Source: Hypanus sabinus (taxonomy: Eukaryota). From it: a stretch of DNA of 64,000 bases. Where the stretch lies: assembly GCF_030144855.1 (NCBI RefSeq), contig NC_082707.1, forward strand, positions 196,664,001-196,728,000. The letters are read 5' to 3'. Positions within the stretch are counted from its first letter, which is position 1. Each line of letters opens with the position of its first letter. Both the position numbers and the translations under genes were made by a program. Positions 36,701 through 45,965 of the stretch are shown here, in pieces. The notes beneath the pieces are model-generated. The model worked only from the letters and a program-made list of their open reading frames with translations, had not been told where the DNA came from and ran no database searches.

Positions 36701-39700
36701 TTCGCATTTTCCCCTCCCTCTCCTACTTTCAAATCTCTTACTATCTTTCCTTTCAGTTAGTCCTGACGAAGGGTCTTGGCCTGAAACAGCGCTTCTCCCT
36801 ATAGATGCTGCCTGGCCTGCTGCGTTCCATCAGCATTTTGTGTGCGTTGCCTGAATTTCCAGCATCTGCAGATTTCCTCGTGCTATGCATCATTAGAAGA
36901 TTTGGTTTGTCATCAAAGCCTCCAGCAAATTTGGACAGACACACCAATTTCGATAGAGAGCATTCTTTCCGGTATGGAGGCTCCACCATTGAAAAAAGCT
37001 GTAGATGGTTGTAGACTCAGATGGCTCTATCATGGGCTCCAGTCTCCTAACCAATGAGGATACCTTCAAAAGGCAGTGCCTCAAGAAGGAAGCATCCATC
37101 ACTAAGGACCCATCAGAGAGGTGGTACTGTGGCCTGAAGACACACTCTCAACTTTTAGGAACAGCTTCCTCCCCTTTACAGTAAGATTCTAAACACCTTA
37201 CTATATTGCTCACTTTACATGACATTTAGTTTTATTTATTTTTATATTTCCTATTATAACCTATACTAATTTTTATACATTGTACTGCTGTCACAAAACG
37301 AATTTCATGACAAGACTCTACTGTAGCAATTTTATGCATTGCACTGTACTACTGAAAAAAGCAACAAATTTCAAGACGTGAGTGAAGAAAAAGCATTTCA
37401 GGATGTATATTGTATACGTTTCTCTGACATTAAATTGGAACTTTGAACCTTTGATAATAGACCAGATTTTCATTTGGGTATTTACTGAGGACAGAGTGGG
37501 AAGGGCAGAGGGGGAAATCATGATTGGGAAAAGGGAGAGCGGACGGAGAGGGAAGCACCTGTGAGACATCAATAAACCAATAGTTCAGAATCAAATGAAC
37601 TTGCCTGGTGTCCTAGGGATGGGTGTGTATGCACCAGTACCACCCACTGTCCCTGGCACTCCTTCTCTGCCACATCCCAACCCCTCCTGCGGCACTTCAT
37701 TCAGTTTTCCCAACATCCTTTGCTCCCGCCAATTTACAAACTCACTGTCCACTTCACGTTGACAAATTCAGTACTGTGCAAAAGTCTTAGGCATCCTAGC
37801 TATATAAATATGCCTAAAACTTTTGCACAGTACTGTTATGTCAGTGATAATAAACCTAATTCAGATTTCAGAAATACTGTTTTGCCAAAGTGCATGACCT
37901 CACATTTTCCACATTACGCGTCAACTGCCATGTCTTCATCAATTCACTCTACCCAGCTTTGAAGCCTCAATATAACCAACACTGAGCTTTTTATTCAGAA
38001 TAAGATTTATTTAGCATGTGAAAATGGAAGCATACAGTGAAATAGCTGTTTGTGTGAACAAGCAACAGAGCTAAGAATGTGCTAGGGGCAGCCCACAAGT
38101 GTTGTCACCCATTTCTGGGCTAACATCGTATGTCCATGATGCTCAGCAGAACAACACAGAACACAAACTGAACACCATAAGCAACAGGAAAACAAGCCCC
38201 TTTCTTCCTTCCCAATCATCCACACACAAGTACAAACATCCAACTCCAGGACAGGCCTCTTGATTTCCAATTGACTCTTGGGCTCCAGTGTTCAGTATTG
38301 ACATCTGGAGTGACTGATGATGGGACCCAAAACTCGCATGAACATTTGATCCCTTGTCTCATCGTCCTGGAACAGCTCAGTATCGATGGATGTCGTTCAT
38401 TGCCTGTGCATGCCACTGGCCTTCAAGCACAGAGTGGATGCCTAGGCTCTGACCTGACCTCTAACTCATCAATATCCGTCCCCAAACCCTAACGTGACTT
38501 TTTATTCCCCAAAACCATTGCTACGAACATTAAAACAAATCTGAGCCATGATCTCAATACAGACTGCAGCTCGGTGCCATCTTGACCAGAAATCAGTAGC
38601 AAATCTATATTTATTACATTTAATTCCTTCATCCAAATCACTGACACAAATAATGAAAATTCCATCACACTACCACCCAACGATAATCCTCCTGTTTTCA
38701 ATTCTTTAATCCTTAATCAAAACTAGTATACTATCACCAATATTATGCACTCTAATTTGGTTTCATTTTGTTATTACTAAAACCCTCCAAAGGTCCAAAC
38801 ACACCATACCATTTGTCCTTATCATAAAGTTCCAACAGATTTGCTAAGCATGAAATCCATTTTGTAAATCCAGGTTGAATGGGGCTACTCCTATTATATT
38901 TTAAAAGTCCTGTTATAACCTCCTTAAAAAGAGATTACAGCATTTTCTCTGCCACTGAAGTCTGACAAGCTGGTCTATTATTCCCTTCTCCTCTCCCACT
39001 TTTCTTAAACATTCATTAAAAAACTTAAAACTTCTGTTATTATATTTTCACAATTCAAGAGTACCAGCTCTTACTGATTTAGAGCAGGGGTTCCCAACCT
39101 TTTTTAAGTCATAGACAAAAACCATTAAGCAAGGAGTCCATGGATTTAGAGATACAGCATAGTAACAGGGTTTGTATGTGCCGCCCAATTACACTTATGT
39201 GACCAATTAACACACTAGCCCTTCTGTCTACCTTTGGAAGGTGGATAGAAACTGGAGCACCCAGACAACACCCATGCTGTTAGGAGGAGAACATGCAAAC
39301 TCCTCACAGACAGCAGCGGGAATTGAACCCTAGTCGCAGGCACTGTAAAAATGTTGTACTATTATGAAACTGTGCCACCTCATTGTACAGAAAGAGTGAA
39401 AGAGGCCTACTCTTGATACATTTCACGTAAGCCAGAAAGAATATAATTTCTGGCACACACTGCCACTGATAATCAGCTTTCATTCAGTGTTAAATTTCAG
39501 ATTAATTTATTGTTATAAACACTAGGATGTAATGAATTTGTTGGTTCACATGAAGCCCAGAGCATATTGCTCATCCAGATGGAGGCATTCCCTAACAGCG
39601 AGTGAAGTTCTTTGCTGAGACACCACATAACTATCCAATGAGGCATAGAATTAGCTGTTTGGCGGGATTCTATGATCAATGGAGTAGCTGTGATGTAAAC

Positions 39701-42700
39701 ATTAGCTATTATATACTGAGCAACATTAACATACTTAGTTTCCTATTACTCAAACATTCGAAGGCTACAAAAGCAATTCGTCAATTTGTTGAAATCCACG
39801 TGAAAGAAAATCAGTTAGTCATCTGAGGCTGAAGTACGTAGGTGTTTCCAACGAGTGGACAGTCGCAAGGCTGTGGGACCAGACAGCATCCCAGGGCGGG
39901 TACTCAGGGTGTGCTCGGCACAACTGGCAGATGTGTTTAAAGACATCTTTAATCCCTCCTTCTTCTAGTGTAGGGTGCCCTGCTTCAAAACACCCACCAT
40001 TGTTCCTGTACCTAAAAAGACCAAGGTAACATGTCTGAAATTCTGCCGCCCTGTTGCACTCACCTCAATAATAAGCAATGCTTTGAGAGGCTGTTCAAGG
40101 ACTACATCTACAGCATGTAGAGCACCCACATCTGCACCACCTACACTGGACTCCCTACATTTCACCTACCAACACAACTGATCAACAGATGATGCAAGCC
40201 ACAGCACTACACACCCATCCTTACACAGCTGGAGAAGGAAGCTTGTGTGAGAATGCTGTTCTTGGACTACAGTTCAACATTCAACACCATAATTCCCTCT
40301 AGGCTTCACAAGTAGTTCAGAGGCCTTGGTCTTCACCCTGCCTTGTGCAGCTATATTCTCGACTTCCTGTAAGATCACCGGCAGGTGGTCAGAGTGAGCT
40401 CCCCCACCTTTGCCCCTCTGACTCTCAACACAGGTACCCCCCATGGCTGTGTGCTAAGTCCCCTCCTTTACTCTCTGTATACCTATGACGGTGTCGCCAC
40501 CTACAGCTCCAATCTGTTAATTAAATTCGCTGATAATACTATATCGATCGGCCTTATCTCAAATAATAATGAGGCAGCTCACAGAGAGGAAGTCATCACC
40601 CTGACACAGTGGTGTCAAGAGAACAACCTCTCCCTCAATGTCGAAAAAGAAGGCGCTGGCTATGGACTACAGGAAGAATGGAGACAGGCTAACACCTATT
40701 GATATCAATGGATCTGGGGTTGAGAAGGTAAACAACTTTAAGTTCCATGGCATAAACATCACTCAGAATCTCACTTGGTTTGTACATACCAGCTGTGTGG
40801 TGAAAAAGGCACAACAGTGCCACTTTCACCTCAAATGATTGAAGTAGTTGGCATGATCCCCAAATCCTAAGGACTTTCTACAGGGGCACATTTGAGAGCA
40901 TTCTGACTGGTTGCATCACTGCCCGTATGAGAATTGTACCTCCCTTAATCGCAGGACTCTGCAGAGTGGTGTGGACAGCTCAGTGCATCTGTAAATATGA
41001 ACTTCCCACTACTCAGGACATTTACAGACAGCTGCGTAAAAAAGGCCTTGAGTCACCCCAACCACAAACTGCTCTAGCTGCTACCATGCAGGAAACGGTA
41101 CCACAGCATTAAAGCCAGGACCAGCAGGCTCCGGGACAGCTTCTTTCAGCAGACCAACAGATTAATTAATTCACGCTGATACAATTGTATTTCTATATTA
41201 TATTTATTGTGCTGTTGTACATACTATTTATTACAAACTACTGTAAATTGCACATTTAGACAGCGGCGCAACATAAAGATTTTTACTTGTGTGTGGAGGA
41301 TTTAAGAAATAAAGTCAATTCAATTCAAGTTAATTCAGGAGTTCACAGACCCCTTGCTTAATGGTATTGGTCCATGGCATATAAAAAGGTTAGGAACCCC
41401 TGGTATAAATAAAATACACCAGAACAGTATACTTATACTTCAAGCACAACGTTGAAAGCTGTTCAACTTTATACAGCAGGTCTGTTCAGTACTTACATAT
41501 CTTGGAAACTGTTTGAAGGAATGAAACATGTAAAAACGATGAAAGTAGATGATTCCAGTAGCCAGTGTGTCATAATGTCTTACAGCTTTGGTTAAAGAAA
41601 AACATTTAGTAATGATTTCCAAAAAAATTGTAGACAAAGCTTAAGATGGATAACACTCAGTCCCGCCTAAGTCTTTCTTCATATTAGTAAGATCTCATTT
41701 GATTCCTAGACTATGCTTTTTAGCAATCTAGTCGACATTTCATTGCAATTGGTGTGCTGTTCAAAATTCCTAAACTCTTCCCGAGAGCGCCATTTTGAAG
41801 TGAGTACACAGCAGCAGGGCTACGTGATATAGTGTAGTAAAGCTGTAAGTATCCACTATTGGACCATTCAGATGGTTCAGTAGCAGAAACACGAGATGAC
41901 GTTCTCCTTCATTTTATCGGGGCTCTGGTTCCTAAGCCCCCTAAGTGGCTCACTGGAAAATTTATAATCCTGTACAACATCTAAAAGAATTAAAATGTGT
42001 TGCAGTATTAGTAGGAATAACATCCAATTGCCTGGAAAATCTGCTAGGCCAGCACTACAGTCCCAAGCATGCTGGAATGTCAGAGCTTTACTGTACATCC
42101 TAATTAGCAGTCTTTGCCTTCATCTCTAGGTAGTAACACATTTTCATGGACTGAATTATCTGGAACATTAATTTGAAAGGAGAAAATGCATACAACATGC
42201 TTACTTATTTGCTCCATTCAAATATCCAATCAGAATCCTATATAATGGAACCTTACCACTTATTATTATAGATGAGAACTATCAACAAGTTAACACTTCT
42301 AGATCTTCAAGAAATTTAGAAAAATTCCTCTCATCCATAAAGATTTTGAAACTCTATGACATCAGTTCAGAATCAATCAAGAGTTCACATACTTCAAAAT
42401 GGGTTAACCTAAAACTATGATGCAAAATCAAGAACAAATGTATACTTTAAAAATGGCATTTGGGCTTGGAGAGCTAACATCCATCAGATTTGTTGGTAAA
42501 GATTAAAGCAGTCTTTGCTGAGACACGTTGAATCTATCTAGCTCAGCACACCTGGGACCTGGCTAGTGCAGGACCACAGAAGTTGTCAGTAATGCCCCTA
42601 TCATCTTCCTCTAAGCAGGAGAACTATTCTATTTAAGAATAAAGCAACAGTTGTGGAGTATGGAAGCTAGAAGGATCAGAGAATTGCCCATAACCCAAAG

Positions 42701-44578
42701 CTTCCGTTAGTCATTTACTGTCAGGTGAGACCAAAAAAGTTGCACGGGTAGGTTAGTTACAAAATACTAGAGATCTTAAATCAATTTTAGACTTTAGTTA
42801 GAATTAGATAATTAGTATACATCTATGCCACAGATTCAAAATTTACTGGTGCACAGAATGTTGAACTAGATAGTTTCAAACTGTAGTTAACTCCATTGGA
42901 TGATACAAGCAGAAAATGCAAAAGGTATGCTAGACACCATTTGTGGAGATGGAAGCAGAGTTAACATTTCAGGTACAACACCATGCACTTTGAGATTAAT
43001 TCTCTTGGTCTTGAGTCAAACATATGAATGTTGCTTGAATTCCAGATTGAATTGAAGAATTCTTCTGTAAGCCCACTGAATTCAAAATCAAACTTTAAGA
43101 CAAGAATTAAAATCAGATGAAAGCAAAAAGAAGTGATGCAATATCTCAAAGTACAGCTCAAAATACACAACTATTCCATACTTTGTGAACATTGAGCCAA
43201 AAACAACATTGATGCAAAAGTTTCAGCTGAAAACAGGAAGGCTGGAAGAAAGGCAGGTAAGTACACTTTTTGAAGTTAAGTAAAATGTTATCCTCGATAA
43301 AAAGTGTGCATGTACATGCAAAATACGGGAGGAACCCAGCAGATCAGGCAATATTTATGGAAAAGAATAAATAGTTAATGTTTCAGACTGAGACCCTTCA
43401 TTAGGACTGGAAAGGAAGATGCTCGAATAAGGTAGGGAGGAGATGGAGTACAAGTTCCAAATTTCACCAGGCTGGTTTCACCTATCACTTGGGATCCTGT
43501 TGGAGGCGGCAAAGGTGGAGGCAAAGTACATCGGGGGATGGATGGCGCTGCCTCTTGCACGCATGCTGAGCTCGTCGACTTCATTAACTTTGCCTCCAAC
43601 TTCCACCCTGCCCTCAAATTTACCTGGTCCATTTCCGACACCTCCCTCCCCTTTCTTGATCTTTCTGACTCCATCTCTGGAGACGGCCTACCTATTATAA
43701 GCCTACAGACTCTCACAGCTAACTGGACTATTCCTCTTCCCACCCTGTCTCTTGCAAAAAGGCTATCCCCTTCTCACAATTCCTCCGTCTCCGCCGCATC
43801 TGCTCTCAGGATGAGGCTTTTCATTCCAGGACGAAGGAGATGTCTTCCTTTTTTAACCAAAGGGTATTCCCTTCATCCACCGTCAACTCTGCTCCAGTTA
43901 CGCTGCCAGCTTGTTCTACATGCTCACATTCATCTGAGTGAAATTTCCTTTCAAGCTTCCCTTAAACCTTTCACCCAACCTCAGTGGAAAACGCCTGCTT
44001 GCATTTACCCGATCCATAACTCTCATAATTTTAGTATACTTCTAGCAAATCTCACCTCAATCTTCAATGCTCCAAGGAATAAAGTCCTAACCTACTCAAT
44101 CTTTCTTTATAGCTCCTTAGAGCTTTACTGGACATGGACTTTTAGACTTGACTGGGTTTATTGAAAATAATGGAATATCATTAGCCTGGAGATAAAACCC
44201 AGTAACTAGACAATGCACTAAATAACTTTGAATTCAACATAAATTATGGAGTAAATGGGATTTCAGACCACAAATGGCTTACCTACCCTTTCAGCACCTT
44301 TTCTTCTTCATTACTGGGGTCTTTGTCCTGTTTGACATCTTTATATTCAATGACATAGCATCTAAAAATTCAAAAGGATACAACCCGAGACGAGTTCCCA
44401 CATCAAATATAAACCTGGCACCCTCTCGACGATAGCGTGCCTCCGTTGCTGGATCAAGTCCTTCCAACTGGGATGGAGTGTGTGCCAGATCCTTCTTATC
44501 CCAATACCAGCATGGCTTCCTAACGTCCACATTTGCCAGCGCTGCAGTCAGGGTGGAGTTCTCTTTGTTTTCCTTCAT
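3118..44578 (-). CDS. CCNK: Cyclin K, spliced CDS join of 10 coding exons (44578-44382, 41578-41497, 22988-22857, 20527-20422, 16415-16358, 16203-16034, 14674-14496, 14005-13972, 5438-5364, 3710-3118); 1626 nt, 541 aa
   Basis: Exon lengths 197+82+132+106+58+170+179+34+75+593=1626, divisible by 3, with consistent phases. All introns are GT-AG. The translation matches vertebrate cyclin K from MKENKEN through both cyclin boxes to the Pro-rich tail ending GWLR*. Confidence 0.97.
4455..4700 (-). mobile_element. V-SINE-like repeat (related copies about 39147-39380, 56866-57125, 62140-62390)
   Basis: Shared block tttggaatgtgggaggaaactggaacac…ggaaa(t/c)ccat. Confidence 0.6.
5364..5438 (-). CDS. CCNK: CCNK exon 10: (D)[24 protein letters not shown](E)
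   Basis: 75 nt, TTACAG|ATG...CCAG|GTAAGC. Confidence 0.93.
5975..6271 (-). mobile_element. tRNA-derived SINE with 10-bp TSD
   Basis: A box TGGCCAAGTGG and B box GTTCGAGCC on the minus strand. TSD CCTGATATGT (5965-5974 / 6272-6281). Confidence 0.85.
6563..9815 (-). mobile_element. CR1-clade LINE (chondrichthyan HER1-like), decayed ORF2 (APE endonuclease and RT)
   Basis: [56 protein letters not shown]. 3' end near 6565. Confidence 0.9.
9878..10480 (-). mobile_element. CR1-like LINE 3' fragment
   Basis: Same 3' terminus pattern (acaagatacaggagcaaaattagg…) and C-terminal ORF2 remnants as the other CR1 copies. Confidence 0.75.
10900..12720 (-). mobile_element. Old CR1-like LINE fragment with a younger CR1 3' end (11326-11630) nested inside
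   Basis: [17 protein letters not shown] remnant, and an antisense GNYRPASL motif at about 12180-12205. Confidence 0.65.
13972..14005 (-). CDS. CCNK: CCNK exon 9 (34-nt micro-exon): [11 protein letters not shown](D)
   Basis: CTCTTCCTCTGTTAG|GTT...ATAG|GTATTG. Restores the frame between exons 8 and 10 and resembles mammalian VVSPKEENKAA. Confidence 0.92.
14496..14674 (-). CDS. CCNK: CCNK exon 8: (D)[59 protein letters not shown]
   Basis: 179 nt, GTGCAG|ATA...GCG|GTGAGT. Conserved [12 protein letters not shown] motif. Confidence 0.95.
15114..15164. mobile_element. 51-bp hAT-type MITE
   Basis: TIRs AAGGAGTTCCCAACC / GGTTGGGAACCTCTG. 8-bp TSD CTCTAGTA / CTTTAGTA. Related partial copies at 39085-39143 and 41336-41402. 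Confidence 0.75.
16034..16203 (-). CDS. CCNK: CCNK exon 7: (S)[56 protein letters not shown](D)
   Basis: 170 nt, TTTCAG|TTT...GAAG|GTACAG. Lies within track ORF 15921..16280. Confidence 0.97.
16358..16415 (-). CDS. CCNK: CCNK exon 6: (G)[18 protein letters not shown](S)
   Basis: 58 nt, TGCAG|GTGAT...CAG|GTAAGC. Confidence 0.97.
16780..17345 (-). mobile_element. CR1-like LINE 3' fragment
   Basis: [23 protein letters not shown]…NLWNSL. Confidence 0.8.
17955..19279 (+). mobile_element. 5'-truncated L1/Tx1-clade LINE (ORF2 C-terminal Cys/His domain, 3'UTR, A-rich tail)
   Basis: QFKIVHRAH…CDRC…[14 protein letters not shown] at 19258. 15-bp TSD AAGAGGAGGTACTGT (17940-17954 / 19280-19294) at a TT|AA site. 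Confidence 0.92.
20422..20527 (-). CDS. CCNK: CCNK exon 5: [35 protein letters not shown](G)
   Basis: 106 nt, TAG|GAG...AAAG|GTACTG. Confidence 0.97.
21460..22590 (+). mobile_element. Rex1/Babar-type LINE fragment (RT and 3' end)
   Basis: [15 protein letters not shown]…KFADD…FKFLGV (track ORF 21665..22237). Confidence 0.88.
22857..22988 (-). CDS. CCNK: CCNK exon 4: [44 protein letters not shown]
   Basis: 132 nt, TAG|GTC...AAG|GTTGGT. Cyclin-box motif [10 protein letters not shown]. Not in the ORF track. Confidence 0.97.
23196..23942 (+). mobile_element. Penelope-like element 3' part (GIY-YIG endonuclease plus pLTR)
   Basis: [10 protein letters not shown]…[23 protein letters not shown]…EH. 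12-bp flanking duplication AGACTTTGAATA (23184-23195 / 23943-23954). Confidence 0.92.
24398..25004 (-). repeat. 3' LTR (607 bp)
   Basis: TGTAACA...TGTACA. Direct repeat of 32516-33131. Adjacent polypurine tract GGTGGGGGGGAGAA (25018-25005, minus). Confidence 0.97.
25130..31067 (-). pseudogene. pol (protease, RT, RNase H, integrase), disrupted and split by a hAT insertion
   Basis: Protease [15 protein letters not shown] at 29572-29561, RNase H LHTDAS…[11 protein letters not shown], integrase HDDSGH / VCMDFL / HSDQG / QPERFN, C-terminal [10 protein letters not shown] tail. Confidence 0.93.
25646..27253 (+). mobile_element. Internally deleted hAT (Buster/Charlie, GTF2IRD2-like transposase) DNA transposon nested in the Gypsy integrase
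   Basis: TIRs CGGGGGTCGGCAACC / GGTTGCTGACCCCTG. Perfect 8-bp TSD ACCTACAC (25638-25645, 27254-27261). Transposase fragment [12 protein letters not shown]…[14 protein letters not shown] at about 26291-26790. Confidence 0.95.
31064..32448 (-). pseudogene. gag (PNMA-like N-terminal and capsid domains, two CX2CX4HX4C zinc knuckles), disrupted
   Basis: [15 protein letters not shown]…; [24 protein letters not shown]…[15 protein letters not shown]; [14 protein letters not shown] and [14 protein letters not shown]. Confidence 0.9.
32493..32515 (-). promoter_or_regulatory. Primer-binding site, degenerate tRNA-Pro type
   Basis: TTTGTGGGGTGCTCATCCCAGAT immediately inside the 5' LTR, compared with canonical PBS-Pro TGGGGGCTCGTCCGGGAT. 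Confidence 0.65.
32516..33131 (-). repeat. 5' LTR (616 bp)
   Basis: Differs from the 3' LTR by roughly 25-30 substitutions plus 2 indels (manual count, about 95% identical). Confidence 0.97.
33535..34444. mobile_element. Solo LTR of a second LTR-retrotransposon family (910 bp)
   Basis: Termini TGTTACGAA…TTCATAACA (8/9 inverted repeat), 4-bp TSD CTTT (33531-33534 / 34445-34448), internal (CT)n tract. Confidence 0.85.
35545..37310. mobile_element. Cluster of Rex1/Babar fragments (minus 35545-35960; plus 35990-37310, interrupted by a Penelope-derived insert)
   Basis: [11 protein letters not shown] remnant and conserved 3' blocks shared with the other copies. Confidence 0.7.
36396..36881. mobile_element. 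Penelope-derived inverted-pLTR insertion
   Basis: Inverted arms of about 150 bp. 14-bp flanking duplication GCTATGC(T/A)TCATTA (36382-36395 / 36882-36895). Confidence 0.85.
37769..37835. mobile_element. Palindromic Tc1-type MITE
   Basis: CAGTACTGTGCAAAAGTCTTAGGCA … TGCCTAAAACTTTTGCACAGTACTG. A similar TIR ends the Tc1 fragment at about 58670-58695. Confidence 0.75.
39817..41330 (+). mobile_element. Rex1/Babar-type LINE, 5'-truncated
   Basis: [14 protein letters not shown]…[25 protein letters not shown]…KFADN. Tail aataaagtcaattcaattc. Confidence 0.9.
41497..41578 (-). CDS. CCNK: CCNK exon 3: (L)[27 protein letters not shown]
   Basis: 82 nt. Acceptor TTCTTTAACCAAAGCTGTAAG|, donor |GTAAGT. 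Confidence 0.97.
41579..44381 (-). other. U12-type (minor spliceosome) GT-AG intron, CCNK intron 2
   Basis: 5'ss GTATCCTTTT (44381-44372). Branch point TTCTTTAAC (41599-41591) about 12 nt before the AG, with no polypyrimidine tract. Confidence 0.95.
43313..43895. mobile_element. Penelope-like fragments (inverted pLTR remnant plus RT C-terminal piece)
   Basis: [33 protein letters not shown] in track ORF 43538..44164. Confidence 0.85.
44382..44578 (-). CDS. CCNK: CCNK first coding exon (exon 2): [65 protein letters not shown](L)
   Basis: ATG at 44578. Ends at U12 donor TT|GTATCCTTTT. Likely acceptor TTTCTGGCTCCAG| gives exon start 44582. Confidence 0.97.
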
Positions 44579-45270
44579 TTACCTGGAGCCAGAAAGTAAA
44601 CAATCACTTAAAAGATCAGTTAGCAGTATCTGTAATTGTTTCACTTTTCGCTTTATTGAAAAGATTTTATCTACGAGTCATCAAAATGTCAAAAACGCTA
44701 TTGCAAAACATTCTGTACTCATCTAAATTGAATTTTTCTTACAGATGATTTTCATAACTATTTAACACTTATCCTTTTGTGGTCATTAATACTGGTTCAC
44801 AACGCCTGATATGGGTACTGATTGTGACAAATACAAAGGTCAGATGTAAGCTTGCTTATGTAGCAGAACTAAAATAGGCAGTGGTTGTAATAAATCCAAG
44901 CCCAGAATGCCTATTCCCTTCACCTTGTTGGTATGAGTAAGAAAAGTTGACAAGAAAAATGCTGTAATGTTATTACGCAGGGCTAAGGAGTCTCTGAATC
45001 AGTGTGACAGATTGGTGGAGAGAAGAGGGCTTAAAGAGTTAAGACCATAAGAGATAGAAGCAGTAATTGGCCATTTGGCCCATTGAGTCTTCTCTACCTT
45101 TCAATCGTGGCTGATTTGTTATTCCTTTCATGACTAAAGGTTGATCCCTCATAAAAATGAAATACTATCTTACGTCTTCTTAGCTTGGGATTGAATCATT
45201 TGGATGTACTCCAGTTCAAAATTCATAGAAAATTTATTATCAAAGTCCATTTGTCACCATATATAACTGA

Positions 45271-45433
45271 GAACAACACACACAAAATGCTGGTGGAACA
45301 CAGCAAGCCAGGCAGCATCTATAGGGAGAAGCGCTGTCGATGTTTCGGGCCGAGACCCTTGCCTGGCCTGCTGTGTTCCACCAGCATTTTGTGTGTGTTG
45401 TTTGAATTTCCAGCATCTGCAGACTTTCTTGTG
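45271..45433. mobile_element. Short Penelope-derived inverted-repeat element
   Basis: caacacacacaaaatgctggtggaacacagca… inverted against …tgctgtgttccaccagcattttgtgtgtgttg. Confidence 0.8.
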
Positions 45434-45843
45434 GGCATACTGAATAAATCCATAATAGAATCAATCAATGAAAAATAATTTATCTTTTGTTCAACTAGCA
45501 TGCAAAAGTTAAATGGGTTGAATAATGAGGTCCAGAATGGAAGCACAGTCACTGCCACAAATAGGCAGGATTCTGATGTGACTGATGATGGTAAATTGTA
45601 AGATGGTGCCCCAATTCAGTCATTCACATTGAGTTTCTACGTGCTCCCAATGCATGAAGTTGAGATTTCTGCATGATGGTTGTTTTAACATTTTGAACAG
45701 TCATTGGACAGGGAGGATTTCCTATTACTGTCATATTTACCCAGAAGTCAATGGCTCAATGCATTTTTTTCCAAGGAACTTCAATCCTTTCCTTGGTCCA
45801 ATGGTATTTTCTCTTGACAAAACTTTAAACAAAGTTTTGATTT

Positions 45844-45965
45844 TGGAAAGGCATGCAAACCACATATTTAAATACAAGTACAGTGGAAAGGCATGCAAAC
45901 CACATATTTAAATACAAGTACAGTGGAAAGGCATGCAAACCACATATTTAAATGCAAGTACAGTG
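45844..45965. repeat. 40-bp tandem repeat x3
   Basis: Unit TGGAAAGGCATGCAAACCACATATTTAAATACAAGTACAG, with one substitution in the third copy. Confidence 0.95.

Noticed and set aside
39085-41402. Inverted hAT-MITE ends bracketing 2.3 kb, suggesting a composite transposon
   Set aside because: Outer flanks (ATTTAGAG vs GTATAAAT) are not a TSD. Better explained as two independent partial MITE copies.
41895-41930. ATGAAGGAGAAC (MKENV…) in intron 2 resembles the true CCNK start MKENK (17/23 nt similar)
   Set aside because: Stops after 11 codons and the similarity does not extend. Most likely chance.
44291-44381. C-terminal part of track ORF 44291..44578 (YPFEFLDAM…KKKRC)
   Set aside because: Intron read-through past the U12 donor, not part of canonical cyclin K.
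45844-45965. Regular 40-bp repeats as a CRISPR-like array
   Set aside because: Head-to-tail with no spacers, in a eukaryotic intron.
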